A stretch of DNA of 32,000 bases from Candidatus Saccharimonadota bacterium (GTDB taxonomy: Bacteria; Pseudomonadota; Alphaproteobacteria; Rickettsiales; Anaplasmataceae). Below are positions 19,174 to 27,826 of this stretch, piece by piece. Made by a program: the position numbers and the translations under genes. Numbering within the stretch: position 1 is the stretch's first letter; each line of letters starts with the position of its first letter. Location: NCBI RefSeq assembly GCF_013365475.1, contig NZ_CP046579.1, forward strand, positions 690,001-722,000, given 5' to 3'. Below the pieces are notes generated by a model, which was given only the letters and a program-made list of their open reading frames with translations, did no database searches and was not told where the DNA came from.

Positions 19174-20695
19174 GAAGTGCCCCCAAAATTTCAAAATCAT
19201 TATCCTAAATAAATATTAAATAGCATAAAAGCGTTGAAAACTCAACTTAAAGCAACCTTATAGCTTAAACAAAAGTAAAATGCAACATTTTAAGAACAAC
19301 TTTTTAGTATACTCTTACTATATATGTTAAAAATATAATGCAAGGATTGACATTTTTGCTTATCATGTGTCGTAATTCACTGCTTAGCTAGTGATAGAAA
19401 TCTCCCAGAGTAGAACATTAAGTTTGTAGTTAGCTGATAAGGTTACTGAGACAAATTCAAACACCTTAAAATGCAGTTTTTATTTTTTTTACTGTTCAAT
19501 ATGTAGCCATAAGCATAGGCCATATAAGAACATGATATGTGAGATAAATAAAAAATAGAGAACATAATAATGAACTTAAGATCATTCAAGATCTATAGTA
19601 ATAATAACTTATACTATCTAATAGAGGATGCAAACTAAAGTCAAATTATTGGAGATATTAATGTATTACATTGCTACTTTAACTACAATAGCAAAAGTGT
19701 GATGGCTTTGTTTTTATAAAAGAGAAGGATATAACATGTTCATCGCAATGCTCTAAAGCCTTATACTATCAGTAGTTAGTGTAAATATATTTTTACTACC
19801 AGGTATCTGATCAGAAATGAAAAACAATTCATCGTAATTTGAACTCACTTATAGTTTCATATCTAATGACCCAAAAACCTTATGGTGAAGCATAATAATC
19901 ATCAAGGATTTTAAAATTAACCTGATAATCTCACAACACAGTTTAAAAAAAATATTATAAAATATTTACTCTGTGTCTAATAAAATGAAAGATGATAAAA
20001 ACTTTCATATTGCAGCTTTGTCAATTTGATGATCTAACTTTAACTGTCTTCAAATTTATGTATAATGATAATTCTTATAGTTCTTTAAAAAGAAACTACT
20101 AAGAAATTATACAGATAAGACCTAAGCGAGCGACATGGTTTGCCTGATCGTGCTGCATTTTAAAGATAGGATTGTTTATAAATGGGATTAACTCAAGTAT
20201 ATCGATACCAAGTGAACGCTCTATTCATTAATAGGTGAATAATATACAGTTATCAAGATATGGTAAAAGTAGCCTTATTAAACAATAGCTTACCATGCTT
20301 ACTGACTCTTGAGAGCTCTAGCAAAATTACTGTTCAGTTTAGATAAAACTCAACATTATGCATGCTGCTAATTTAGCTGATATATCTTCAGCTAACAACA
20401 TCCTTTGAGGAAATGAACTTAAAAGCCCTTCTCAAACTAGATAAGCAGAAGCTAAACAATGAGAAATAGTACTATGATAAAATTGAAAAATTAACACTTA
20501 AAAATGCAACCTTAAATTCCTTTATAAAATCCTTGAACTTTCTTGCGTAATAATTTAATACAAACAGTATTAAAATCAAAAGCGAGCTCATATTAATTAT
20601 CACAAAAGTCTTTTTCTACATTAACTTTTCAGCCTTAGCGGGTATTTTACAAGTAAATAGAAATACTTAGTCTTTCTAGCATACTTCTCATACAA

Positions 20696-21421
20696 TTATA
20701 ACGTTATCTTACACTGCATATTAATTTCTCTTTTTATTTCACATGTATTAATCAAGTAAAGTGAATGTAATGTCCACATTACTAAAAAAAATGTCACATA
20801 GAACATAAACATTACAACTAATGGCAGCATCAGAGAACCTTCTATTGCTATCCCATTTTTTCTAAAAATGCTTGCTGGCTGATGGAGAGTAGCCCATAAG
20901 TTTACAGAGAATTTCACTATAGGAATATTTACAGCACTAAAAATAGCAAATACTGCTGCTGATCTTTTAGCTCTTTCTTCGTTGTTATTGAAAACGTCCC
21001 ATAGAGAAAGATACCCAACATATAGAAAAAACAAAATTAACATTGAAGTAAGTCTTGCATCCCATACCCACCAAGTACCCCAAGTTCCTTTTCCCCAAAT
21101 GCTACCTGTGATTAAACATATTGCAGAAAAGACTGCCCCTGCAGGAGCAGCAGCATGTGCTAAAATACTAGCAATGTTATTATTCCATACTAAAAAGATA
21201 AAGCTGAGTAGCGCAACCATCCCATATATTCCAAGGGAAAGCCACGCAGAAGGGACATGAAGATACATAATTCGCACAATTTCTCCTTGTTTATAATCAT
21301 CTGGAGAGAAGATTAAAGCTAAAAACGCTCCAACTACAAAACATATGAAACATATACTTTCAAGCCAGGGCAAAGCTCTCCTAGAGAAATAAGAGAAACT
21401 TGTAAGATTCAATAAAAACAT
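20696..21421 (-). CDS. ccmC: Haem exporter protein CcmC.
   Basis: The tryptophan-rich WWD motif is present as WGTWGTWWVWDARLTS. The protein has six predicted TM segments. I prefer the ATG at 21421 (241 aa). The listed ORF starts at a TTG at 21454. Confidence 0.88.
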   Translation of the reverse strand: MFLLNLTSFSYFSRRALPWLESICFICFVVGAFLALIFSPDDYKQGEIVRIMYLHVPSAWLSLGIYGMVALLSFIFLVWNNNIASILAHAAAPAGAVFSAICLITGSIWGKGTWGTWWVWDARLTSMLILFFLYVGYLSLWDVFNNNEERAKRSAAVFAIFSAVNIPIVKFSVNLWATLHQPASIFRKNGIAIEGSLMLPLVVMFMFYVTFFLVMWTLHSLYLINTCEIKREINMQCKITL

Positions 21422-21578
21422 TTGATCAATGAGAAGATACTTATAATTTATCAATTAATTTAAGCTCTATCAACATGATATTTTCTCTATAAATTTAGAG
21501 AACCTAATAAATTGACACAGTTTTAGTAGCAAATTGCTTAAATCTGCACTATTATTTTAGTGCAATGCTATACAGAAT

Positions 21579-22400
21579 ATGACTCTTAAAAAGAAGCTAA
21601 ATCTATACTTAGTATCAGATTCAAGTGGTGAAACCGTTATATCAGTTGCAAAGTCAGCTCTAAAACACTTTCGTTCTATAGAAACAACTGAGTATGTTTG
21701 GTCCTTCATAAAAGAAGAAGGACAAATTGATAAAATTTTAGATAGCGTCAGCAAGAAGAATAATGAATGTCATTTTGTTATATGCACTATTACTGATGAC
21801 AAACTAAGAAAATACTTAAAAGATAATTGCATAAAATTAGCAATTCCCTATAGGGCAATATTATCTCATATTATTAGAGAGATTTCTTCCTATCTTGAGA
21901 TTGAAAAAGATGTAAAACTTGACCTACATACTGAGATAAATAATGAATATTTCCAGCGCATTGAAATAATAAATTACACTATTAATCATGATGATGGGCA
22001 AAATATTCAAGATATCGATAATGCTGATATAATTTTAATCGGAGTCTCACGCACATCAAAATCTCCCACTAGCATGTATTTAGCTTATCGAGGCTATAGA
22101 GTTGCAAATATTCCTCTTATAAGTGAAGTGCCCTTTCATGTTGATTTAACCAAATTAAAGAATAAGCTAACAATAGGGCTTACGATAGGTGTAAACAGGC
22201 TAGTAGAAATACGGAAAAATAGGCTTTCTTCAATCAAGAATGAGGGTAATGATATATATGCAGACCCAAAAAAAGTAGAAAATGAAATCAAAAAAGCAGA
22301 GGAGCTCTTTAGAGAAAACAGTTGGCCAATTATTGATGTTACACAAAAGTCAATTGAAGAAGTATCAGCAACAATTATACAGTATTTTTATAGAATGTGA
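21579..22400 (+). CDS. PpsR/PDRP-family bifunctional kinase/pyrophosphorylase, the regulatory protein of pyruvate phosphate dikinase or PEP synthase.
   Basis: The protein is 273 aa, with an N-terminal LVSDSSGET segment. A P-loop-like [15 protein letters not shown] is followed by G..VAN.P, which is characteristic of the DUF299/PpsR family. Confidence 0.85.
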   Translation: MTLKKKLNLYLVSDSSGETVISVAKSALKHFRSIETTEYVWSFIKEEGQIDKILDSVSKKNNECHFVICTITDDKLRKYLKDNCIKLAIPYRAILSHIIREISSYLEIEKDVKLDLHTEINNEYFQRIEIINYTINHDDGQNIQDIDNADIILIGVSRTSKSPTSMYLAYRGYRVANIPLISEVPFHVDLTKLKNKLTIGLTIGVNRLVEIRKNRLSSIKNEGNDIYADPKKVENEIKKAEELFRENSWPIIDVTQKSIEEVSATIIQYFYRM

Positions 22401-22425
22401 GGAATTTATCAATTGACTAATTCCT
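22400..22425. repeat. 26-bp near-perfect palindrome between the PpsR-like gene and rpmJ.
   Basis: The sequence is AGGAATT-TAT-CAATTG-ACT-AATTCCT. The outer 7-bp arms are perfect and the central CAATTG is self-complementary, so 22 of 26 positions are symmetric. It starts at the last base of the upstream stop codon and ends 44 nt before the rpmJ ATG. Confidence 0.6.
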
Positions 22426-22469
22426 AGTAAATATACAAAATATAAAATATTTTAGTTTTCTTTATAGAC

Positions 22470-22598
22470 ATGAAAGTTAGAGGTTCATTAAAATCTCATC
22501 GCAGCAGGGATAAAAATTGCAAAGTTGTAAAAAGGGGTAGTAAGGTTTACATTATAAATAAAGTAAAGCCGAGATGTAAAGCCCGCCAGGGTTCTTAA
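22470..22598 (+). CDS. rpmJ: 50S ribosomal protein L36 (42 aa; below the ORF-track cutoff).
   Basis: My manual translation is [42 protein letters not shown]. It matches the alphaproteobacterial L36 pattern MKVR.SLK....R......V.R.G.vyVINK..PR.KARQG. Confidence 0.85.
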   Translation: MKVRGSLKSHRSRDKNCKVVKRGSKVYIINKVKPRCKARQGS

Positions 22599-22680
22599 GT
22601 ACACTACTTCAAAGCAAAGTGGTACTATACATGTTAGTCTGTAAAGTTATATCTGATATGGGGTTATCTTGTATAAAACA

Positions 22681-22727
22681 AAAGGGCTATGGTGTGGTAG
22701 GCATGTTTAGCCTTTTGTTTATCTTTT
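22681..22727 (+). terminator. Candidate intrinsic terminator downstream of rpmJ.
   Basis: AAAGGGCUA (22681-22689) pairs with UAGCCUUUU (22708-22716) in 9 bp, including one G-U pair. The loop is a rather large 18 nt. A U-rich GUUUAUCUUUU follows. Confidence 0.35.
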
Positions 22728-22944
22728 CACGTATTATACACTTTATAGCTTCTTATTTTTATATATAAGAGCTACTAGTTATTTTGAGAAGAAAGGAAAG
22801 GTTCAAGTAATAAAGTGCTTTACTTATATAAAAAAGCTCAGGTTTAATAAATAAGAAAAAATGCTTTAGATTATATTTCCTCTTAACAAGTTAAGATCTA
22901 CATTTAACACTGATGGTAAAAAAAATAACTTTTGAAAAGCTACC

Positions 22945-23622
22945 ATGATTCAAGCAAAGACATTATACACCATAAAAGTGAAAGGTGCTTTATTAGTGCT
23001 CTTAATGCATAGTATACTTGGATTGTTATCATTTGCAGCTGATCCTGTTTTACTTAACTGCATTGAAACACCAGAAGTTCATGATCTTGATCAACAACCA
23101 AAAAATTTTAACTTTTCAAATAATTTAAGGAGAAAACCAGGTTCTGCAGTTAGTGCAAAAGGAGAATTAATAAATATAGTTGGTAGGATTACTGATATAA
23201 ACTGTCTTCCAATACAAAATGCTGTAGTTTCTATATGGCATGCAAATTCACATGGTATTAATCACTACGATAGAAACGTAGGAGAAGATAAAATTGATCC
23301 AAATTTTGCTTGGTCAGGAAGATTCATAGTAAATAACCTTGGCTACTATAGTTTCATCACAATAACACCTGGTAAAACTGGTGATAGAGCTCCACATATC
23401 AACTTTCTGGTTCAGCATCCAGACTTTCCAAAATTCATGACACAAATGTTTTTTATTGACTACAATTGTGATAATTCCGTTGATTCTGTTCTTAGCAATT
23501 TTATTGATAGCAGTCTTGCAGACCTCTTAATAGCACCGTTTGCTTATAACAAACGAGCTACTAAAACCTATATATTTAATATTACTCTAGGTGGACATAA
23601 TAAATTTACTTGTAAAAAATAA
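22945..23622 (+). CDS. Exported intradiol-dioxygenase-fold protein, a protocatechuate 3,4-dioxygenase beta-subunit (PcaH)-like homologue.
   Basis: The N-terminal signal peptide is ...LLVLLMHSILGLLSFA|ADP. Collinear similarity to PcaH is visible (GR..D....P..NA.V.IW.AN, DPNF..GR......GYYSF.TI.PG, R.PHI.F, Q.FF). The usual HIH is HIN here. Confidence 0.8.
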   Translation: MIQAKTLYTIKVKGALLVLLMHSILGLLSFAADPVLLNCIETPEVHDLDQQPKNFNFSNNLRRKPGSAVSAKGELINIVGRITDINCLPIQNAVVSIWHANSHGINHYDRNVGEDKIDPNFAWSGRFIVNNLGYYSFITITPGKTGDRAPHINFLVQHPDFPKFMTQMFFIDYNCDNSVDSVLSNFIDSSLADLLIAPFAYNKRATKTYIFNITLGGHNKFTCKK

Positions 23623-23681
23623 AACTTGTATTCTTCAGTTATATTTGTGAATATTGTCCTGGTTGAGGATGGGCTGCAAAA

Positions 23682-25145
23682 ATGAAGATAATGATTTCTA
23701 GAATTCCACCTGATTTTAAAACAATAGTTACAGGTTTGTTTGAAGGTAATGAAACTGTAGGTAGTTGTGGTGTTTTGCAAGAGAAGTGGATTGTAGATAG
23801 CATAAAACAATTTAGTAACTTCAATGGAAGCTTCGGTGATTTTTTTTCTATTACTTCGTCACAGATGAAAAATATTATAGTTGTCGGGCTTGGCAAGAGG
23901 GATAAATGGAATAAACACAAGGAATTAAATATTGGTGGCAAGATATATTGTGAATTAAGCAAATTAAAGATCAAGCAAGCAGCAATTTTAATTGAAGGAA
24001 ATGCAGCAAACATTGCGTACGGTGTACTTTTGCGTAGTTTTAACTTTGATAAGTATAGAACTAAAAATGATGAAAAAACTACAGAAGTAGAAGAGATTGC
24101 AGTAATAGTAAAAGATGAACAACTAAGCAGTGCTAAAAAATCATTTGAACGTTTGAGACAAGAAGGTGATGGTGTATTTCTTGCACGGTCACTTATCACT
24201 GAGCCGCCTAATATTCTATATCCAGAATCTTATGCTAATCGTATAAAAGCAGAGCTTGCTAAACTTGATCTTGATATTGAGGTACTCGATAAAAAGCATA
24301 TGGAAGAAAAAAAAATGAAAGCATTGCTTGGAGTAGCACAAGGAAGTAGCAAAGATCCAAAACTAGTAGTAATAAAATGGAACGGTGCAGATTTAGAACA
24401 AAAACCTATAGCTTTTGTTGGCAAGGGCATAACGTTTGATACTGGAGGAATATCACTCAAACCTTCACGTGGTATGGAATCAATGAAACAAGATATGGCA
24501 GGTTCTGCTGCTGTAGTTGGAGCAATGTGCGCTTTAGCTGGACGAAAAGCAAAGGTAAATGCAATTGGCGTACTTGCACTTGCGGAAAATGCAGTCGGTA
24601 GTAATGCTCAAAGACCAAGTGATATAATCACTTCAATGTCTGGTCAGACAATAGAAGTATTGAATACTGATGCGGAAGGGAGGCTTATACTTGCAGATGC
24701 ACTATGGTATACGCAGGATAGGTTTTCACCAAAATTTATGATTGATCTTGCAACTTTAACAGGTGCTATAGTAGTTGCACTTGGAAATAACGAGTATGCT
24801 GGTCTTTTTTCTAATAACGACGAACTAGCAAATTATCTCATTAATGCAGGAAATGAAGTAAACGAGAAATTGTGGCGTTTCCCTATGAATGAAGCTTATA
24901 ACAGAATCATTGATTCTTCAGTCGCTGATATGCAAAATATAGCTCCTATAGGTTCTGGTGGAGACAGCATAATAGCTGCACAGTTTCTACAGCGTTTTGT
25001 AAATGACACCTGTTGGGCACATCTAGATATTGCAGGAACTGCTTGGCATGAAAAAGGTACTGATATTTCCTCAAGAGGAGCAGTAGGTTTTGGTGTAAGA
25101 TTACTCAATAAATTAGTTGAAAAATACTATGAAGTAAGCAATTAA
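23682..25145 (+). CDS. pepA: Leucyl aminopeptidase (M17).
   Basis: The M17 signature NTDAEGRLILADAL is present. Metal and active-site stretches are also present (VGKGITFDTGGISLKP, MKQDMAGSAAV). The length is 487 aa. Confidence 0.93.
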   Translation: MKIMISRIPPDFKTIVTGLFEGNETVGSCGVLQEKWIVDSIKQFSNFNGSFGDFFSITSSQMKNIIVVGLGKRDKWNKHKELNIGGKIYCELSKLKIKQAAILIEGNAANIAYGVLLRSFNFDKYRTKNDEKTTEVEEIAVIVKDEQLSSAKKSFERLRQEGDGVFLARSLITEPPNILYPESYANRIKAELAKLDLDIEVLDKKHMEEKKMKALLGVAQGSSKDPKLVVIKWNGADLEQKPIAFVGKGITFDTGGISLKPSRGMESMKQDMAGSAAVVGAMCALAGRKAKVNAIGVLALAENAVGSNAQRPSDIITSMSGQTIEVLNTDAEGRLILADALWYTQDRFSPKFMIDLATLTGAIVVALGNNEYAGLFSNNDELANYLINAGNEVNEKLWRFPMNEAYNRIIDSSVADMQNIAPIGSGGDSIIAAQFLQRFVNDTCWAHLDIAGTAWHEKGTDISSRGAVGFGVRLLNKLVEKYYEVSN

Positions 25146-25286
25146 CTCTTAAGTATGAAATTCATCTTATCTTATAATATTACTTCTTATTGCTACCGTT
25201 TAGAAAGTTATGAAATAAGGCAGGTAAGGTAACTCAAAAAAGTTATTATAAAAAAGCTATCAGCAAACCTTTTATAATTTCTACAG

Positions 25287-26702
25287 TTAATTATTCATGG
25301 AATTAAAAAAGTCAGCATTACTTTTTGTTAAAAGTAGTTTGTCACGTAAAAACTCCATTGCTTCAACAGACCCCATCGGATTAAGTATCCTACGTAGTAC
25401 CCATATCTTATTCAAGATAGATTTGTCAATTAATAGCTCTTCTTTCCTAGTCCCAGATTTTGTAATATCAATTGCTGGAAATATTCGCTTATCAGCAAGC
25501 TTTCTATCTAGCATAATTTCAGCATTACCTGTACCTTTAAACTCCTCAAAAATAACCTCATCCATTTTTGAACCAGTTTCTATAAGAGCGGTAGCAATGA
25601 TCGTTAAAGAACCTCCATTCTCAATATTGCGAGCTGCACCAAAAAAGCGCTTTGGTCTTTGCAGCGCGTTTGAGTCTACACCACCAGTCAGAACCTTACC
25701 AGACGAAGGGATAATTGCATTATAAGCGCGTGCGAGGCGAGTTATAGAATCGAGCAAAATCACAACGTCTTTTTTATGCTCAACCATCCTCTTAGCTTTT
25801 TCTATTACTATCTCAGCAAGTTGTACATGTCGATAAGCAGGCTCATCAAATGTAGAGCTTACTACTTCACCCTTCACAGAGCGCATCATATCTGTTACTT
25901 CCTCAGGCCTTTCATCTATAAGTAGTACTACCAATTCTATTTCAGGATGATTTGTGGCTATGGAATGAGCCATTTGCTGAAGTAATATCGTTTTCCCTGT
26001 ACGAGGTGGAGCAACTATTAACGCTCTCTGTCCCTTTCCGAGAGGAGCAACTATATCCACGGCACGCATATTCACATCTTTCCTATTGTCTCCACTAGTG
26101 TTATTTTCCAGAGTTAAACTCTCTTCAGGGTAAAGAGGGAGTAAATTATCAAAATGGATATATTTTCTTAACTCATTTATTTCAGTAAAATTTATACTTT
26201 GAACCTTAGTTAAAGTGAAATACCTTTCTTTATCACCAGGTGGCCTTATCTCTCCACATACTATATCTCCAGTACGTAAATTAAACTTTTTTATTTGTCC
26301 ATTTGAAATATAAACATCATCAGTACTAGTAGCGTAATTTGCACTTGCTGAACGCAAGAAGCCAAAACCATCAGGTAATATTTCTACTACTCCACTACCT
26401 GTAGTAATCCCACCTTCTTCACTCATTTTTTTCATTAAACTAAATATCATCTCTTGTTTCAACATTCTCCCATTACTTTTACCATTAGTTGAAATTTTCC
26501 TTTCTTCAGCTAGATTTAGTAGCTCTTCCGCCGTCCTTTTTCTCAGTTCACTTAGATCCAGCGTTTTTCTATTTTCTCTCACACCTTCACTTATTGAATG
26601 TTTTATCATATCATTACTGGAAATTTGTTCACTTTTTTTCACTGATTCTGACTCAGTTGCAACTTTTTCTTTTGCTAAAATACCTTCATTGATTGTCACC
26701 AT
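25287..26702 (-). CDS. rho: Transcription termination factor Rho.
   Basis: The RNA-binding domain (GFGFLR, IRPP..GERYF) and Walker A (PPRTGKT) are present. The C-terminal half is near-collinear with E. coli Rho ([53 protein letters not shown]). A strong GGAGG lies 4 nt before the ATG. The protein is 471 aa and carries an N-terminal extension. Confidence 0.95.
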   Translation of the reverse strand: MVTINEGILAKEKVATESESVKKSEQISSNDMIKHSISEGVRENRKTLDLSELRKRTAEELLNLAEERKISTNGKSNGRMLKQEMIFSLMKKMSEEGGITTGSGVVEILPDGFGFLRSASANYATSTDDVYISNGQIKKFNLRTGDIVCGEIRPPGDKERYFTLTKVQSINFTEINELRKYIHFDNLLPLYPEESLTLENNTSGDNRKDVNMRAVDIVAPLGKGQRALIVAPPRTGKTILLQQMAHSIATNHPEIELVVLLIDERPEEVTDMMRSVKGEVVSSTFDEPAYRHVQLAEIVIEKAKRMVEHKKDVVILLDSITRLARAYNAIIPSSGKVLTGGVDSNALQRPKRFFGAARNIENGGSLTIIATALIETGSKMDEVIFEEFKGTGNAEIMLDRKLADKRIFPAIDITKSGTRKEELLIDKSILNKIWVLRRILNPMGSVEAMEFLRDKLLLTKSNADFFNSMNN

Positions 26703-26792
26703 AGTCCTCCAAAAATCTTGATTGGTGCTTATAACTTATAAATACGATATAAGATAATAAATCAGGCTTAATGAGCCTTAAGGAAGTATCAG

Positions 26793-26810
26793 GCTCAATT
26801 GACATTGAGC
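26793..26810. repeat. Perfect 7-bp inverted repeat (hairpin) in the rho upstream/leader spacer.
   Basis: GCTCAAT (26793-26799), a tgac loop, then ATTGAGC (26804-26810). It is flanked by a duplicated ATCAGGCT (26761-26768 and 26789-26796). A second small hairpin, AGGCT-taatg-AGCCT, lies at 26764-26778. Confidence 0.55.
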
Positions 26811-26906
26811 TATATACTTTAGCTAGAAGGATACCAATAAAGATTAATAAGTCAAATTAATTTGATACTCACAAGATATAAAAATAAATGAGCGCCCTTA
26901 AAGATC

Positions 26907-27497
26907 TTAATAATTTTCTCTTATATTTCTTAACCTTTCTCTTCTTTCCTCTTTCACCTTTGCTTTCTCTATTTCCGCCTCTAAATCTTCTTGACTGCAT
27001 AAACCAAGCAGCACAGGATCTTGGGGCTTTATGTTTTGCATATTATAATGAGATCCATTTTTTACCTGCTCTACCGTGTGACTTGTTGTACTTATCAGCT
27101 TAGCTATAACATGATTATCTAAAATAGGAAATTTTCTTACTAAATAATAAATCGCATCAGGTTTATCTTTGCGCCTAACTACAGAAGTAAAGCCAAAAAT
27201 ATTACTAATCAATTTATTTCTCCTTTTTAAGTTTCTTGCAATCAAATTTGGAATACGATTAAGGTTTTCTTTACAGTCATTAATTTCTTTTTCAGTTATT
27301 ATACCAGAAATAATAGGATCAAATCTTTCAGTATCTATTTCTTCATCAGCTATATCTTGCACTTCTCCAAGAGTTATCTCACAACATTGAGCTATTTGAT
27401 CAAAAGTTAAAGCAGTATTATCCACTAACCAAGCAGCAATCTGTATAAGAAGCTGTCTACTTTTGTCATTATCTCCTTTAGAAACTTCTGATGACAT
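26907..27497 (-). CDS. DUF1013-family alphaproteobacterial protein (the family has been annotated as cell-cycle regulator TrcR-like).
   Basis: The segment AAWLVDNTALTFDQIAQCCEITLGEVQDIADEEI...DPI..G.IT..EI resembles the conserved DUF1013 N-terminal block as I remember it. I prefer the ATG at 27497 (196 aa). The listed ORF starts at a GTG at 27536. Confidence 0.75.
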   Translation of the reverse strand: MSSEVSKGDNDKSRQLLIQIAAWLVDNTALTFDQIAQCCEITLGEVQDIADEEIDTERFDPIISGIITEKEINDCKENLNRIPNLIARNLKRRNKLISNIFGFTSVVRRKDKPDAIYYLVRKFPILDNHVIAKLISTTSHTVEQVKNGSHYNMQNIKPQDPVLLGLCSQEDLEAEIEKAKVKEERRERLRNIRENY

Positions 27498-27768
27498 TAG
27501 GAAAATATCTACTATTAAAATGCTCTTTGTTGTCACGTAGAGCTAAAATATAAGCTATTAAAATTAAAAAAGCATTAATTTCATCAGTTAACAACTTACT
27601 TATTTCACTTTCAATTTGATTAGGTGATTAAACTTATTTTAAGAACCGAAAAGAATGCTAACTCTTTAGTGAGATCAATTGATTTAAATGCACTCTTACC
27701 AGAGAAAGAACTAAATCTTGAATTTAATGTACTATAGTATTATGTGAAGTAACTAATAAGTTAGTAAT

Positions 27769-27796
27769 TTTACAAGAAACGTACCTCTGTTATAAT
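27769..27796 (+). promoter_or_regulatory. Candidate sigma70-type promoter for the PpiD-like gene.
   Basis: TTTACA at 27769-27774, a 16-nt spacer, then a perfect TATAAT at 27791-27796. This lies about 30 nt upstream of the ATG at 27827. Confidence 0.35.
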
Positions 27797-27826
27797 TAAT
27801 TGTTAATTAATTCCTAAGTTTATATT

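Noticed and set aside
19430-20383. The 10-mer TTAGCTGATA occurs twice in the 1.5-kb spacer (19430 and 20373). The 12-mer TTACTCAGTACT is shared between spacers at ~2107 and ~17265.
   Set aside because: Given ~5 kb of AT-biased spacer compared on both strands, one or more exact 10-12-mer matches are expected by chance. There is no extended similarity around them.
20982-21754. ORFs 20982-21260 (+) and 21557-21754 (-).
   Set aside because: They are antisense to ccmC and to the PpsR-like gene respectively.
23568-25108. Minus-strand ORFs 23568-23810, 23639-24199, 24230-24460 and 24896-25108.
   Set aside because: They are antisense to pepA and to the end of the dioxygenase-like gene. pepA carries the M17 signature.
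25146-25286. A possible bidirectional terminator between the convergent pepA and rho genes (TTATAAAAG...CTTTTTTATAA).
   Set aside because: The stem is almost entirely A-T, with a bulge and a 12-nt loop. That is too weak to call from sequence alone.
25297-27390. Plus-strand ORFs 25297-25725, 26489-26692, 26888-27103 and 27169-27390.
   Set aside because: They are antisense to rho and the DUF1013-type gene.
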